64,000 nucleotides of DNA. Source: Asterias rubens (taxonomy: Eukaryota). Below are positions 37,961-49,086 of this stretch, piece by piece. Each line of letters begins with the position of its first letter. Position 1 is the stretch's first letter. A program made the translations under genes and the position numbers. The stretch spans positions 11,656,001 through 11,720,000 of the forward strand of contig NC_047074.1 of NCBI RefSeq assembly GCF_902459465.1. Reading direction: 5' to 3'. Under the pieces are notes generated by a model. That model was given only the letters and a program-made list of their open reading frames with translations. It was not told the origin of the DNA and made no database searches.

Positions 37961-40406
37961 TTAAAACCCGTACCCGGATGTTGGAGGAAGCACATTGTCT
38001 CTGTAGTTCTCGGCACCTCTCCAGTTCCCTCGTGGAGTGTAGTTGCAGCAGATGTACACATGGCCCCATTTGCCCTTTTTGGAGGTTGCCACGCCAACAC
38101 CGAGTTCCTTGGAATCTTTCCAGACGAGAGCTGTAAAGTGACCTGTTCGGAGGGAAAAAAAATTAACTTGTAATTATGGTTTTATATATATATTTTTTTG
38201 CTTTTCGTATTTGAATGAACCACTCCGCCATTGAAACGAGTTCTTTTACTTTTTAGATCTCGCTTATCAGTCAAACTGTCAAGGAATTGTTGTAAATTAA
38301 CTGTTGGGATTGTCGCAAGTGCGTCTTGGTGACGCTAGGGGGCGCTGTTTGTGCATTCTCAAGTTCATCTTCATCCACACTGTCCTCGCCCTCAAAAGTC
38401 TCACTCTCTACATGTACATAAATGGGTTCAAGCGAACCAATGTTCGGCAGAAGATCGAGGTGGCACATTTTCTCTGTATAGTTCTGAGCACCCACGTAGT
38501 TACCGGGCGGGGTGCAGTTGCAGCAGATGTACAGGTGACCCCATTTTCCCTTTTGGAGGTTGCCATGCCAACACCAAGCTGTTTTGAATGTTTCCAGATG
38601 AAAGCAGTAAAAAGAGCTAAGATGCAAATCAATTAAGAATATAAGATGGATACTGGAAATGAATCTTGAGAAAAACCAAGCACCAACAATTCTTACCTAT
38701 GACTTTTCCAGAGGCTGGTTTTTCTCCAGGTTTGTTGAAATCATAATCTTCTATTTCGTCATAAAATGACTTGACCGCTTCTCCACCTAAGGGAAGAAGA
38801 ATACAAACACATTTATCTTTGAAGAAGAGCTGCCAACATTTCCATCTCGCGATCTGGAAGAGTTTGTGCAGCAGTGAGGGAGATATTTAGGAGAGACAAT
38901 CAACATGCTCAGGAACAGGTTTTTCTCATCGGGGAGATTTTCACATGTGTTCATTAGTAGAACATGGAAAGATTGTTTTATTGGTCATCGAATTTGCAAG
39001 AAGATAATCATGTACGAAAGACACCCTTGATGCATTATTTGGGGGGTGTCAGGACACTTCGTACCTTTGCCACTTCGTACCCTGGACACTTCGTACCTTT
39101 TGAAGGTACGAAGTGTCTTTGGACACTTCGTACCTTGGACACTTCGTACCTTCCCGTGAGACACTTCGTACCTTCTCACGAGACACTTCGTACCTTCAGA
39201 CGGGTCACATTGCTAGTGTCGCCAATAGACTTATTGCACCGTTGAGGTGTTTTATTTGTTTACATGTTGACCGATAGTGATGAGTAGGCTATGAAGTAAA
39301 AATGAATCAAACCCAAATGGTGTTTTATTTAATTATTTATCCACTGATTATGTTGCGCTTCGTGATGAGTATGAAATAAAAAAGAATCCAAATAATGTTT
39401 TATTTATTTACATGTTCAATGATAGTGATGAGTAGGCTATGATATAAAAATGAATCAAACCCAAATGGTGTTTTATTTAATTACTTGTCAACTGATTATG
39501 ATGCGCTTCGTGATCGATAAATAAATCATTATAAAAATCATAGTAATAAAAATCACAGTAAAACACGTTTTAAAAATAAATACTTTTAACTTAAAAACTG
39601 GTATTCCATCTTTTCCTATATATCCGGAAACATCGGATGACGTAATGTACACCGGGCCTCAAAAACTTCCAGCGGAGCGGCGCCCTCTATGGCTGACTGG
39701 AACGAATGGCTGATCCGCACGAATGTTACAATTTCACATTTTAGACATTAATAACAATTCATGAGGTATTCAGTTATATACTTTTATAATTTTACTGAAG
39801 GTACGAAGTGACTCGGCTGACGGTACGAAGTGACTTATCTGTTGGTCACTTCGTACCCCCGCCCACGGTACGAAGTGACCAATTTGGTACGGTACGAAGT
39901 GTCCCGAAGGTACGAAGTGTCCAGGGTACGAAGTGGCAAAGGTACGAAGTGTCCGACATCCATTTGGGGTACGAAGTGACTTGGGTACGAAGTGACCGAC
40001 ATTCGTAGTTTGCAGTCGGCTTTATAAAATTTGCCCCATGCCTACCTGTTACAGCGTTGATGTCAAAAGCCGTTGACCATGAGTGGTGGATGTTCTCCCC
40101 ACAATCCGGTCTGCTACTTTTGGGACTGTGTTCCAACTTGCCGATCCTGGCCATAGTCTCCGCCCAGCTCTGCGCGATGTTGTTAATCGTGCCGCTGAGG
40201 ACGAGTGGTTGCACCCCGTGTCTCGCCCTGTACACGTTGTGCATCTCCAACACCTCCCATCGGATGCGTTCCAAGTTCCTTCCAAGTTCAAAACGTCCGG
40301 TGGGTCCGTTCATGGAGCTATAAAAGGGACCGTTGAAGGTGTGCTGATGAGGTCCGTAGGTGGTGTCATCTGACCAATACGTTACTGTGGAGCCGCCGCA
40401 TCCCAT
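37961..40406 (-). CDS. GLIPR2: GAPR-1/GLIPR2-like CAP-domain protein, copy A: single CAP domain, ~210 aa, N-terminal MGCGGS acylation motif
   Basis: Exons 40406-40046, 38786-38697, 38142-37961 splice in frame (633 nt). Motifs: LEMHNVYRARHGV.PL, KLEHS, CGENI, FYDEI.DYDF..PG, GHFTALVWK....LGVG, YICCNY.P.GN. Confidence 0.8.
38300..38616 (-). pseudogene. Decayed pseudo-exon of GAPR-1-like copy A (homologue of exon 3 of copy B)
   Basis: Aligns to 43861-43570. GHFTALIWK has become ALFTAFIWK. There is a 1-nt deletion in AAAAAGGGCAAATGG (here AAAAGGGAAAATGG), and homology ends just after ...KTHL. Confidence 0.75.
39044..39961. mobile_element. Foldback-type DNA transposon with modular (GA)CACTTCGTACC terminal arrays
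   Basis: ~55-bp TIR GG(G/A)TGTC(A)GGACACTTCGTACCTTTGCCACTTCGTACCCTGGACACTTCGTACC at both ends, ATTTGGG on both flanks, and an internal ~143-bp tandem repeat. Confidence 0.8.
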
Positions 40407-41516
40407 CTCGCGTAGGGTTAAAATAGGTTCTCAGTCAACAAGAGCAACCTCAATGGCAACCTCTGACGATGACTCGAGGAAGTTGTAATAGTGGAAACGT
40501 TGAGACAAATTAAGAACTCCCTCCGTGGTCCGGTAGTGCAGTATATGTCAATAAAGATCCTTTACAAAATTAAAGAAGTACGTGTATGTCCCAGCCGCGA
40601 TGTTTACTAACCGCCCACGTGGTAGTTAAAAAAAGCAGGACAGTTCTTTTCACGACTGAGAAGTCCCGAGTCCCGAAGAATCCGAAACATCTACTCCGCG
40701 GTAGTAGAATCATAGAGTAAGGTACAATACATGGCAGGACAGTTCTCTAGGCTGTCATTACTCTATGAGAGGACAAACTCGACCTGGCAAAACACATGGT
40801 GTCACCGTAAACTTACTAGTGTCGTATGGTGTTTAGGTTCGCAGATCATTGGACGACCCCAACAATGTCAACAATCCTTCGTAACAAAATTGAAAACCAT
40901 TCCAATCTAAACGCAACACACCTGCAGTTGTGACGTAACTAATTTTAACTTGATGGTCACATGTAATATAGAAGTACATGTACATGTACATGTATATTGC
41001 ACGCATAGTATAACGAGTCCATCCATTAAGAACATAGCCAGTCATTCACCCTGTCCTTGATTGTACATGTGCAGTCGACCTGGCACTCTGTGAGTAAACA
41101 ATAATCCTTTGTGTCACGTATCTAACAGCAACACTCATTCATAAAATCGGACGGTGTCATACATTATTCATAAGGTCGTACATTATGCATTATGTTTTTG
41201 ATGATAATCAAATTGTAATACATGAACGATTTCGTGGGGGGGGGGGGGTTACACAACCAAAATAAACTGATGTGCCGAGGTTCTAGACATGCAGCAGTTC
41301 TAACAGTACTAATGTGTACATGACAACTTACGGACTGTTCACCAATGCTTGTAAACAAGAGTTAAAATTTCACTCTCTTGTCCGAGCGGTGTCAGCTTCA
41401 CTCTTTTGAGAGTGAAAGTCAATATTCTTTTTGAGTGAAACTAGAACGAACTTCACTCTAAATCGAGTTGATAGTACGTCTTTTCACTCTTAAAAGAGGT
41501 GTCCGCCATAATGGGA

Positions 41517-41920
41517 GATTCAAGCAGGGTACAGTTTGATGAGGAGACTATGGGCAAATTCCTTAATGTCTACTAGAGGGAAAGACTGTTTTATGTCTGC
41601 CTCGTGAGAAAAATGGTCAGGTTGTGACACCACCAAGCCACAAACAGCAGCAACACTCTGTGGGCAGACGGGCTGTGGTGGGAGCGGTGGGGGCCTACCA
41701 ATGATTCAGGCAGGGTACAATTTGATGAAGAGACCATGCTGGTAAATGCAGGTCTACTAGAGGGAAAGACTGTTTATATGTCTGCCTCATGAGAAAATGG
41801 TCGGCGGTTGTGACACCACCAAAGTCAAAAAGCAGCAGCACTGGGCAGACGGGATGTGGTGGGAGCCGTACCAGTGATTCAAGAGGGGTATCGTTCGAGG
41901 AGGAGACTTTATGGGTACAT
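41517..41920. repeat. ~180-bp tandem repeat (2.3 copies) between the GAPR-1-like genes
   Basis: Units begin GATTCA(A/G)G at 41517, 41703 and 41876. Confidence 0.8.
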
Positions 41921-42210
41921 GCCTTTATGTCGTTAGAGAGAGAGAGACGCTTTGTTAAAATTTTCATTGCCGGGTAGCACACCGCGTTTCCCTTTCACAC
42001 ACACCGCGGCCAATTCACTGACAGCGCGCACACCGACTCACCTGACTTCACCGCCCCGGAATGAAGTGGGGAGTCGGTGTGCGCGCGCTGAAAGGGAAAC
42101 GAGAAACGTCTTGCACCAAGACTAGGTAGCACACTATCGTAATATATTTTGGGACAGTATCATCACTGTGTTTTTCATGTCCAGGGTGATTCTGGATTTG
42201 TTTCACGATT

Positions 42211-45200
42211 TTAAGACCCGGATGTTGGAGGAAGCACATTCTCTACGTAGTTCTCGGCACCTCTCCAGTTCCCTGGTGGGCTGTAGTTGCAGCAGATGTA
42301 CACGTAACCCCATTTGCCCTTTTTGGAGGTAGCCATGCCAACACCGAGTTCCTTGGAATCTTTCCAGACGAGAGCTGTAAAGTGACCTGTTCGGAAGAAA
42401 AAAAAACATAATTTGTTGCTTTGCATAAACATTGTACATGAACATGGAGATATAAATTATTTATGAAACCAACCCGCTTAGGCCAATGAAAACTCATGTT
42501 TTTTTTAAAGACTTCTCACTTTACATTCAAACCGTTAAAAATACTGTGAACTATTAACATCAAGGACATGTTGTATTTGCTCAGACATCTCTTTATTTTA
42601 TGTCACAACGTGGTGAAGAGTCAATCCTCTAAATTTTGACACCAGAAATTATGGATTCATGTTTTGTAGAGGAAAGACATGACACCCCACTACATTTCCC
42701 CTCCCTGTAATCCCTGTTAATTTTGCACATTAATTACCTATAACTTTTCCAGATTTGGGTTTTTCTCCCGGCTTCTTGAAATTGTAGTCCTTGATTTCGT
42801 CGTAGAAGGAGGTTGTTGCTTGACCACCTAAATTAAATAGAGAGAAAAATGGAGAATAAATAATAAAATGTCTGCGCTAGTAGCTGTATAAACGTAGACT
42901 GCCTAGCACAAACCAAAGTTCACTGCTAACCCGTGATATAGGCCTGCGCCTACTCATGACGTAAGCACATAATTCCCATCTTTCATAAACGCTGATTATT
43001 TGCTTTATATGGTAAACAGAGCCATGAAATCGGGCACTGTGTCGACATAGCGGTTGGTTTTAGTCTGCAGACTACAATGGCGCAGCGTGATTTTTAAAAC
43101 TCTTTCAAACGGCGGTATTATTTGCCGGCATGCTTATATATTTTATTTGTTACAAGTTCATTTTGAAAGCCAGTCTTATTCCAATAGTGGCTCAGAATGG
43201 TCACAAGTTATAATGGAGTTTGAAATTTATAATTGTCATATTGTGTAGTCCGATCCCCGTCCGACATCGAACTGCGCGTTTCATGTGGGGAGGGGGCCGG
43301 GGTATCACTAATCCAGTTGAGAATAATAATTATTTGCATTACCGTTTATGTTGGCAAGATCAAAGTTTGTTGACCCTGCGAAGTAGATATTCTCCCCACA
43401 GTTTGGTCTCTGTCCGTCGGAACTGTGTTCGAACTTGCCAGTCTTCGCCATCGTCTCTGCCCACCTCTGCGCGTATTTATTTATCTTCTTACTGGGCGTA
43501 AGGGGCGGGACACCATGCTTAGCTCTGTACACATTATGCATCTCCAGAACCTCAAGTCGGATGCGTTCCAAGTGCGTCATATTACCGCCAGAGGGCGCTG
43601 TTGTTGCTTTCTCGAGTTCATCTTTATCATCAATACTGTCCTCGTCCTCAAAATTCTCATTCTCTACATCTATGGGTTCGAGCGAGCCAATGTTCGGCAG
43701 AAGAGGCGGCACATTCTCTATGTAGTTCTCGGCACCTCTCCAGTTCCCTGGTGGAGTGTAGTTGCAGCAGATGTACACGTGACCCCGTTTGCCCTTTCTA
43801 GAGGTTGCCATGCCAACACCAAGCTCTTTTGAATTCTTCCATATAAGCGCAGTGAAATGACCTGAAATGCAAATAAGTTAAGATTTTAAGATGATGCTTT
43901 TTTGACCTTGGTCATTACAGTTGAAATACTGTCTCACGGAAATGTATCTTAAACTTAAGGAACGTTACATTATTTTGTATTTCGTTTGTAAACAAAGCAG
44001 TTGCTGGCAGTGTAAGCACCTTATTTAATCAACCATACATGATACATAAACTGACAAACCTGTAGAAGTTATCGACCATCTGGGTCAAGAGAAAAATAGT
44101 GATACACCTTTTGCATGACATCGATTTAGCAAATAATAGTAAAACGCTCACTGAGCGATCATGAACTCCAAACGGGGAATTATTTGTATTGATTTCAAAC
44201 ATGTTTCTTTAAGGGATTTGTTTACTGTCATCATCATTGGACCGTGTAAATTTTACTTAAATCTGTGATCCTCGACGACGTTTTTTCTTACCAATTCTGT
44301 AAATGTTCCTTTAAGGAAAACAATTACACGTGTACTGGAAACTCTTACCTATCATCTTTCCGGAGGCTGGTTTTTCTCCGGGTTTGTTGAAATCATAATC
44401 GTCTATTTCGTCATAAAATGCCTTTGTTGCTTTTCCACCTAAGGAAGCAGAACATAACCCATTTATCTCGTGATTTGAAGCAGAGCTACCAAAATGTTGC
44501 ATCTTGCTATTGGGAAGTATGTGCAACAATCAGATGGGGATATTTAGACTGATATGCTTAAGTTAAGTTTCAGGGAACTTTCTGCGGGGATAAATGGGCT
44601 CTAGCTGTTGCCAACCAAGTAAACCAAGTGCCATGCGAGCGACGGGGTCTCTCTTAAAACATATAATTATATGACGTTTGCACCTTATTTTTCTCTGTGT
44701 TTACTGGGCAGGAATTTGTGTCAAATGTTCATAGGTTTGAACACTGGTAACATCAGGGGTGAGACTCATTACTAATGAAAAAAAGTCTGAAATTTGAATA
44801 CAAATTCAAAGGTATGTTGAAATGATGCCATTTCTACTATTTGGTAACCCCTGGGGGTTATAGATTCCAATGAGCTTTTGGAAACAGTGTCCAAAACACT
44901 AGAGAAGTAGACTAATGAGCAGGATTTCTTTATTTGTGGAAACAAATATTGCCTGATTTCTTCACCAGGCCGGCATAAAAAGTATAAATTCAGCCAAAAG
45001 TCTGAAAATTCCCATCCCTGTCACATGACCAGTTTAGAACCTACTCCATGGTTTAGCTGAAAATAGTCGCAGCAGTGTTTACGTTTTGTGTGACCAATCA
45101 AAGGCTAACGTGAAAGCAAACATGTGAAAACTTTGCTTTTTAGTTCTTTTTGAGTCACCTTCAGGGGAAAATATTTGAAAACAATGCATGTAAAATAACT

Positions 45201-46183
45201 TTGTTTTGGCCGTAACAACATAGATCCCTGCTCTAGAATTGCAAAGGTCTTGGTTTCGAATCCCACCCTGTATTTTGTTCACAGAGCTCGGGTAAGTATT
45301 AGTATACAGTGCTTTACACACTGGGTAAAATCAAAATTCGACAGATTAATATGAAAGTGTGCCCAGGCCTACCTGTTACAGCGTTGATGTCAAAAGCCGT
45401 TGACGCCGAGTAGTAGATATTCTCCCCACACCCCGGCCGGCTGCTGCTCGGACTGTGTTCAAACTTGCCGGTCTTGGCCATCGTCTCCGCCCAGCTCTGC
45501 GCGAGGTTGTTAATCTTGCCGCTGAGGACGAGTGGAGGCACGCCGTGTCTCGCCCTGTACACGTTGTGTACCTCCAACGCCTCGCGTCGGATACGTTCCA
45601 AGTTCGTTTCCTTCGGAGGACGGGAATCTTTCTTCTTCTTGCTGGGTTCTTTCTTACTTTCCAGCGGCCCATTGGAGTCTGAATTGGGAATGGGTTCGGG
45701 AGTGCGGTTTCTCTCATTGTTAGTACTGAGTACAGGAGGTACTGATTCTGTTACCTCATGTGTTTGACTGTTCCTAGGCTGTTGTTTTGGAGAATACATA
45801 GAGAACAATGGACGTGTTTCATTGTTATTACTGTCATCGGGTGGTTTCTGATGTGTGTTACCTTCTTCTGTGCCACTCTGCTGAGATGATTTGATAAGAG
45901 GAATCTTTCCATTATGAGGATCGCCTTCAGCCTCATCCGATGACGTAGTTCTGACCTCACCATCTATCTTAGGTTTGTCTGTGTCTTTCTTCGGTGGTTC
46001 CCCAAACTCTGCATCATTATTCTGCTGCGTGTGAGGACCATTCCTATTTTGAGGGTCGTTTTCAGAGCACACTGTTTTAAAGGCATCCCCCTGCCTCCCG
46101 CGTTCAGTTTGTCCGTTGGAGGTGTGCTGAGGTCCGGTGGTACCATTTGACCCATCGCGTACTGTGGAGCCGCCGCATCCCAT
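42211..46183 (-). CDS. GLIPR2: GAPR-1/GLIPR2-like protein, copy B: MGCGGS acylation motif, ~165-aa disordered linker and two tandem CAP domains, ~561 aa
   Basis: Exons 46183-45373, 44438-44349, 43861-43343, 42827-42738, 42386-42211; all introns are phase 1 (1686 nt total). Both domains keep the His/Glu/Glu/His tetrad motifs (FEHS, GENI, YDEI, GHFT). Confidence 0.88.
43959..44310 (+). mobile_element. TTAA-flanked MITE family 3
   Basis: TTAA|GGAACGTTAC...AATGTTCCT|TTAA. Other copies at ~17730-18110 (minus) and ~52019-52405. Confidence 0.8.
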
Positions 46184-46253
46184 CTTGCGTAGAGGTATAA
46201 ACGGACAGGCACGACAGGATCTTGGTCAACAGGAGCAACCTCAAAGGCAACCT

Positions 46254-46293
46254 CTGACGATGACTAGGGCAATTAGCTAGTCGAAACGTGGAG
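46254..46293 (+). other. Penelope-type hammerhead ribozyme relic, antisense to the 5' leader of GAPR-1-like copy B (paralogous relic at 40463-40505)
   Basis: CTGACGA-T-GACTAG-(GGCAATTAG)-CTAGTC-GAAAC-GTG. The cleavage triplet and stem I are defective. Confidence 0.5.
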
Positions 46294-48855
46294 ACCAATA
46301 GAACTCACTCCGTGGTAGAGTGCAGTTAATGACGGTCCTCTTTAAGCAAATTAAAGTAGTGGTCCCAGCCTAGTTTCCATCTTCCGCCAAGGTAGCAGTC
46401 AAAAGCAGGACAGATCTTCTCAGAACTGAGAAGTCTCCCGAACAATCAGGACAATCTAGTAGAATATTTAGCAAGACAGTTCCCTAAAGAACAAATTCTA
46501 CCTGGCAAGTAGACACACAATCATGGTGTCACCGTTGAACCAAATAACCTCTGGTGTTGTATGTGTTTAATTCCATATCCAGTGTTTATGTGTACAACCA
46601 TACAACACATCAGTGTCATGCCAATAGTCCTTCGTAACAAAAATGAGAAGCATTCCAATCTAAACACAGCACACCTGCAGTTGTGACATAACTAATTATA
46701 ACTTGCTGATCATGTGTACATTTGCACGCATCATAACGAGTCCAGAGATATACATCAGATACATGAGAACATTATAGCCAGTTGTTCATGCATGTTACGA
46801 TACAGGTCAAAGATCGACCTGACACTGTGTGGTAAACAATAATCCTTTGTGTGCTGTATCCAACAGCGACACTCATTCATAAATTCGGACCGTGTCATGC
46901 ATTATTCATAGGTCATGCATTATGCAGGATGCTTTTGATGATGTAATGTATGAAGGAGCCGATTGGGTGGGACTTTCCCAACGAAGCGCAAGTTGTAGAA
47001 ATGAAATCACTGGGACCGTACAAATTATATTAACCATTGTTACAAGAGGACACCGAAACAAAGAAACACAAGTCAGAAATAAAGAAATGAGAATTAAGTC
47101 TTTATTATTTACCTTTTGAGAAAGACTGCTAAGGTTGAAACGTCAGGCCATTAACTTACTCTTTTTGTTTTTACTTAATATAAGCAGAAACTCTTTTAAC
47201 ACTAGAAAGCAGTGGTTGTATGGCTTCTGACTGCCCCCCCCCCCCCCGAACAAAGATATTGACAAACCGTCAACATTATGGCTAGACAGCTCAGTTTGTA
47301 ATTCTTTGTCCAACCACCAAAATCATTAAAAGAAATTACCTAGTCAGTTTCCATTGTGGATATCTTAATAGAAAGGGATAAACAATATTCGAAACCTATA
47401 TCCTCTCCTGACAATCCCCCCCCCAAAAAAAAAAAAAAAAAAAAAAATGTAACGTTGTTCTCCACATTGAACTGCTACTCATCAATTCTTTTTGCCAATA
47501 TATTTCTGCGTGGTATAGTCAGTATTCTGGACAATCATGCGTTTAGACCCTGCCATTTGTACCATGCGTGCATGGTATCATTCATTAATTATAAGAGCAC
47601 AGCTATCTTCTTTCAACCATTGTACTAGAGTTATAATGGGAGCGTCACCCCCTTCCGTCCTCGCCCAGACCCCCTTCCCAATTTGTCCATTCCCCACCTA
47701 CCCCATATCATGTTTCCATACGAACCCAATTCAAACTCCGGAAACTTTATGGAACAAAAGTTAGGGCACTAGGGCCGGCACTTTTGACACCACAACAACC
47801 GACGCAAATGTCCGCCAAAACACATCAAAACATCATGAATAAGTTAACGGTTAAACTCGATCGTGAGTCGAGACTGCATTCATCGCGCCAGCAGCCGAAA
47901 ATAATAATGTGACCCAACAAAGTGAAGCAGGCCTGATATACCATAGGCAACACAGGCGATTGCCTTCATGCCCCCTGGTCATTGCCTTGGTGCCCTTGAA
48001 ACGCTCCAGTATAGACATTGACAACTTCATTATAGGGATAGTGCTCTTTATACCAAGGAGAAAATGCCTTGGTGCCCTTGCCCTTTAAAAACAAAACATG
48101 TATACAGGCCTGGTGAATTGAAGCGTACTTTCCTGATGAAAACACAACTATTGTCCATGAGGTTTTTTTCCCCAAAAGGTTTTGCGAAAAAGCCCCGGTC
48201 CATCATCATTATCAAGGGAAGGATTTGCTCTGATCTTTATAAAACCCCAAAATTCTCATTTGTGTTTTCGTTCTGTATAACCATAGAGCAAGGATGGTGT
48301 GTTCCTGTCACCATGGTATAACCTTGTAGCATTTGGGGCCTCCACTAAATCTGTTTTCCAATTAATGTTCTTTGTTGTTGTTTATGACACCATCTTCAAC
48401 CTTCATAGTCTTGTCTTGGATTTAATCGATCGAAAAGGGGCTTTTGTGTCCCAGTAGCCGTTGGTTACCCCTTTATTCATGTCGTGGGTGTTTAGTTCGT
48501 CAGTTGCCCTGTAGGGGTGACTGCCTGAGTGTGTTTACTTGTGAGTCACAAATCTCACGTTGGTCAACAAGATCGGTCTGAATTCGTTGTCACTGTCACT
48601 GCCAGTATAACTTTGCAGAATTTCAGATTTGTTGATTCATCATCGGTTGGATTTGCTTAATGTCAGCAACCACCAGCTAAACATCGATTTCACGTCAGTT
48701 CTTTTTGCCAATACACTTCAGGAAACTTATTTTGGTTTGTGTTTAATATCTGCTAAGCAAATCAAATCAGAACTTCTTGCGGCTAATGCAATCTTAAAGC
48801 GATTCTCTAAAAGGGACCATCTGAAAGTGAAACCAAGAAGAAACCGAATTTCGTG

Positions 48856-49086
48856 ATGGGTTGCGGAAAATCCAAGACAACACCACAGACGGAAGATGCA
48901 CCCCTTCTCAAGGGCCGTAGCCCCGAGCCAAGAAAAACTGACGACGGGGACTCATCACCGAAGAAGAAGACCACATCGGGGTACTCGAAGCTGCCTCAGA
49001 CCGACGAGAGCGCCGAAGAGACGGGAGGAGGGGATGCCTCAACAGAAGCCAAACTCGAAGAAGTTGTTGAGGAAGCTGAAGAATAA
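48856..49086 (+). CDS. Orphan 76-aa acidic disordered microprotein, MGCGKSK N-terminus (predicted myristoyl/palmitoyl)
   Basis: ATG at 48856 to TAA at 49086. The GC-rich codon-like segment stands out from AT-rich flanks. It has a textbook G2/C3/S6/K7 acylation motif plus EDAPLL and GYSKL motifs. I do not recognise a homologue. Confidence 0.65.
   Translation: MGCGKSKTTPQTEDAPLLKGRSPEPRKTDDGDSSPKKKTTSGYSKLPQTDESAEETGGGDASTEAKLEEVVEEAEE

Noticed and set aside
39050-40000. Regularly repeated GACACTTCGTACC units resembling a CRISPR array
   Set aside because: The repeats are only ~13 bp, with 1-12 bp spacers, in inverted orientation at the two ends, and flanked by a TSD. There are no cas genes and the context is a eukaryotic intron. 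These are transposon terminal modules.
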